From positions 61,099,217-61,134,015 of the forward strand of contig NC_068982.1 in assembly GCF_001194135.2 (NCBI RefSeq): DNA of 34,799 nt, in the 5' to 3' direction. This DNA is from Octopus bimaculoides. Lineage: Eukaryota. The notes beneath the pieces are model-generated. The model was given only the letters and a program-made list of their open reading frames with translations. It was not told where the DNA came from and did not search any database. The first letter of the stretch is position 1. Each line of letters begins with the position of its first letter. Shown here piece by piece: positions 32,032 through 34,799 of this stretch. Both the position numbers and the translations under genes were made by a program.

Positions 32032-32985
32032 ATTCCAAACTCCAGAAAGCCCATAAACAGCATGGGAGACTGAACATGCCTTCAGTCAGATCTGTTTGCT
32101 ATTGTCCAATGGGCGAAAAAAATCAATGTTTTTAAATGAAGATAAGTTTGATTTGATTCACTTTGGAAAAGAGTCAACTCTGAAATTACCATATGCTCTT
32201 CCCTCGGGCGACTCCCTAGTGTCATCCAACAACACCAAAGACCTTGGAGTAATTGTTGATAACAATCTAAGCTGGAGTTCCCACATAGACAGCAAGGTTG
32301 ACTTGGTCCACAAGATGTGCTCCTGAATTCTGAGAACTTTCCTGTCTAGAGATGCCCACACCATCACCCTTCTCTACTCTACTTTTGCCCAACCCCACCT
32401 TTAATACTGTTGCCCACTGTGGTCCCCCCATATGAAGCAACTCATTATGAAAGTAGAAGCACTTTAGAGGTCAATAACAAGAAAGATAGACAGCATGAGA
32501 GGCATTGATTATTGGGGTCGCCTAAAAAACTCAATCTCTACTTTCTCCAATGTCACCGGGAGTGCTACTTCATTTGTGTTATGTGGAAAATATTCCATCA
32601 ATATTGCACAAATGATGTTGGCATCAATTTTAAAATCCATCCAAGACTTGGTTCCTGTGCTATCCGCCCACTACAAAAATTGAACTCAAGACACATAACA
32701 ACATTACGTCACAACTACTTTACCTCAACCGGTCTGGCTCTCTTTAATATTACACCAAAATACATCAAAACAGAAACAGATCCCATAAAATTCAAATCTT
32801 CACTGGACAAATTTCTTCAAAAAATCCCAGACCAACCTCCTACACCCGGATATGTCTCCAACAATAATAACTCTTTGCTAGCTAGAGTGGGCCATGGTGC
32901 CCCATATATGACTAAAAGACTTCACCAGGTGGTGCTGCTAAGTTAGACATGGCCTGGGCCTGTACTGGCCAAAAGTTATCAAAGT
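32032..32985 (+). mobile_element. 5'-truncated CR1/L2-group LINE (RT C-terminal half), decayed
   Basis: SKLQKA..LQSDLFAIVQWAKKN/FLNEDKFDLIHFG..KDLGVIVDNNLSWSSHI..ILRTF..PHL*YCCPLWSP..YWGRLKKLNLY..FKSSLDKFLQKIPDQP; starts just after where the YADD motif would be. Confidence 0.85.
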
Positions 32986-33745
32986 TATTACCAATAACAC
33001 AATGGATGAGACCAAGAATGACCTTCTCTTTTATTAAAACATTGGATGCAATGACGAAATGCCTGATTCCTTTTCAAGTGAAAATGAAAGTAATGAGAAT
33101 CTTGTAGGTTTTGAAGTGAACTAAACAAAATTACATTTTTTTTTTTTTTAAATTTACTGTATCTTCTTATTTCAATGTTTTGAAAATTTTTGTTTTGAAC
33201 AATTCTTTTATTCTTTTACTTGTTTCAATCATTTGACTGCAGCCATGCTGGAGCACCACCTTGAAGGATTTTAGTTGAACAAATCAATCCCAGGACTTAT
33301 TTCTTTGTAAGCCTATTACTTTTTCTTTCAGTTTCTTTTGCCAAACCGCTAAGTTACGGGTACATAAACACACCAACACTAGTTGTCAAGTGGTGATGGG
33401 AGGACAAACACACACACACAAACACACATATATACACACACAACAGGCTTCTTTCAGTTTCCATCTATTAAATCCACTCATAAGGCTTTAGTCAGCCTGA
33501 GGTTATAGAAGAAGATACTTTTCCCAAGGTGCCACAAAATAGGACTGAACCTAGAACCATGTAGTTGGAAAGCAAGCTTCTTACCACACAACCACGACTG
33601 AATTGGTGCAGCCTGTTAACAACTAAATTTTAAAGTATCAAATTGAATTTCTGTTTTAGGAAAAGTTTTTAAACATGACTTTTTTTCTCCACCAAAACTT
33701 TACCTTCAATATAAAGGTACATCATTTATGCCCCAAAATACGGTA
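32986..33745 (+). mobile_element. 3' end of a pogo/Tc2-type DNA transposon, interrupted by a SINE
   Basis: Remnant C-terminus MDETKNDLLF...SSENESNENLVGF* (cf. 'LDGTEDD.L....EF.GF'); terminus TATGCCCCAAAATACGG followed by TA (33744-33745). Confidence 0.55.
33205..33597 (-). mobile_element. SINE family B, full length
   Basis: Collinear with 8557-8965. Confidence 0.85.
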
Positions 33746-33833
33746 AAAGAGTACCACAAATAAAGTTTGTCTTTGATAGGTTATTTTGATACAATAAATG
33801 TCCTACTATTGCAGCTATTACAACAACTGTAGC

Positions 33834-33995
33834 TAAGGCGGCAAGTTGGTATTTCTGAGTTCAAATTCTGCCAAAGCCAACTTTGCCTTTCTCCTCACAG
33901 GGTTGAGAAAATAAGTACCAGTTGAACACTGGTGTCAATGTAATTGAATTATCCCTTCCCCAAAAACTACTGGCCCCATGCCAAAATTTGAAATC
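33834..33995 (+). mobile_element. SINE family D, internally deleted
   Basis: TAAGGCGGCAAGTTGG..CTGAGTTCAAATTCTGCC..AAATAAGTACCAGTTGAACACTGG..GCCAAAATTTGAAATC. Confidence 0.7.
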
Positions 33996-34099
33996 AGCTG
34001 TGGCTACAAAATACCAACTATTTGACAAAACAACAGACATCTTGCACACAGAATATATTATGGGTGTTGTAGTAGTTGTTGTTGTTGTTGTTGTAGACA

Positions 34100-34485
34100 A
34101 TGATCTATCCTGACAGCAAACTGAAAATCAAAAGTGTTCCAGCCATTCCATTCCATCTCATATTATCTGATGTTTTTTCTTCTCTCCATCTCTCTCTGTT
34201 TGTTAAGACAGTAGAGACCAATTTGCAGAAGAATTGGCTGCTAATTCTCACAGGTCAAGCTATCGTGTAAAGGCTCCCTTGGTGGCTTATTATTGTCATT
34301 CCTGAACAGACACATGATCAAAGCGATTCTAGCTGTAAATATTGCACCAGGTTTTTCAGGCATAAAATATCTAGAATTACATTATCCAATGTGTCTTTTC
34401 CTTTTTAAAAGATAGTAGAACATGATTTGAGGTAGAGCTAGCAGTTATTTCTTCTAAGTAGAACAACCACGTAGAAGCTCGTTTT
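34100..34485 (+). repeat. Two adjacent diverged copies of repeat family F
   Basis: ATCAAAAGTGTTCCAGCC..TTGGCTGCTAATTCT..AGGCTCCC (34100-34280) and ATGATCAAAGCGATTCTAGC..ACCACGTAGAAGCTC (34300-34485). Confidence 0.5.
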
Positions 34486-34799
34486 GGCTTATGCTTATGT
34501 TTATTTCTGTTCTTTTTAAGACAATTTATGTGCTGTTTTAGAGGTGATGTAATCCAAGATGAACCTAACTGTTCAACACTTTCTAAACTAGTGATACTTT
34601 TCCCTTATTTTAGCTGAATATTTGACAGACTGCATAGTCTTTTAACATATTTCAACATCTAACCAAATTTATATTGGTCTTTCAGATTCTACCCATCCAT
34701 CAAAACTCACCTTCTACTGAGCTAGTTAAAATTTCTCAAAAATTAATCAGCATATTTTTTGCTTTTGTTTTTTGTTTTGGTGGGGGCTTTTTGTTATTT

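Noticed and set aside
3694-33597. Apparent minus-strand bias of SINE B copies
   Set aside because: Roughly 2:1 on about 15 copies, too few to distinguish from chance.
1-34799. CRISPR arrays, operons, phage or defence systems
   Set aside because: The DNA is eukaryotic with spliceosomal signals, and there is no repeat-spacer array or prokaryotic gene.

Overview
This is AT-rich, repeat-dense animal genomic DNA with 5 assembly gaps. The SINE, LINE and microsatellite content resembles Octopus (coleoid cephalopod) DNA; that taxon call comes from my recall of the repeat families, not from a search. Only one host coding exon is supportable: MRPS16 (mitochondrial ribosomal protein S16) at 2836..2569 on the minus strand. 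It has a splice acceptor directly before the ATG and a phase-1 donor after '...VAELL-G', and I could not find its other exons here. The rest is intron or intergenic DNA filled with at least four tRNA-derived SINE families, 3' ends of two RTE-type LINE families, a CR1/L2-type LINE, a pogo/Tc2-type DNA transposon end, a hAT MITE, a fold-back element and microsatellites. The most notable region is 15729-18020: a decayed Penelope-like retroelement (RT C-terminus plus GIY-YIG endonuclease) with inverted terminal repeats and a CpG-decayed hammerhead ribozyme. Inserted in it is a 411-bp element with 59-bp TIRs that carries a SAP-domain ORF fragment. A second notable region is a cluster of hairpins and palindromes at 26590-27918, including a pre-miRNA-like 28-bp stem. 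There is no prokaryotic gene, operon, CRISPR array, rRNA or true tRNA. Most ORF-track entries are microsatellite or N-gap artefacts. All alignments and counts were done by eye and repeat boundaries are approximate.
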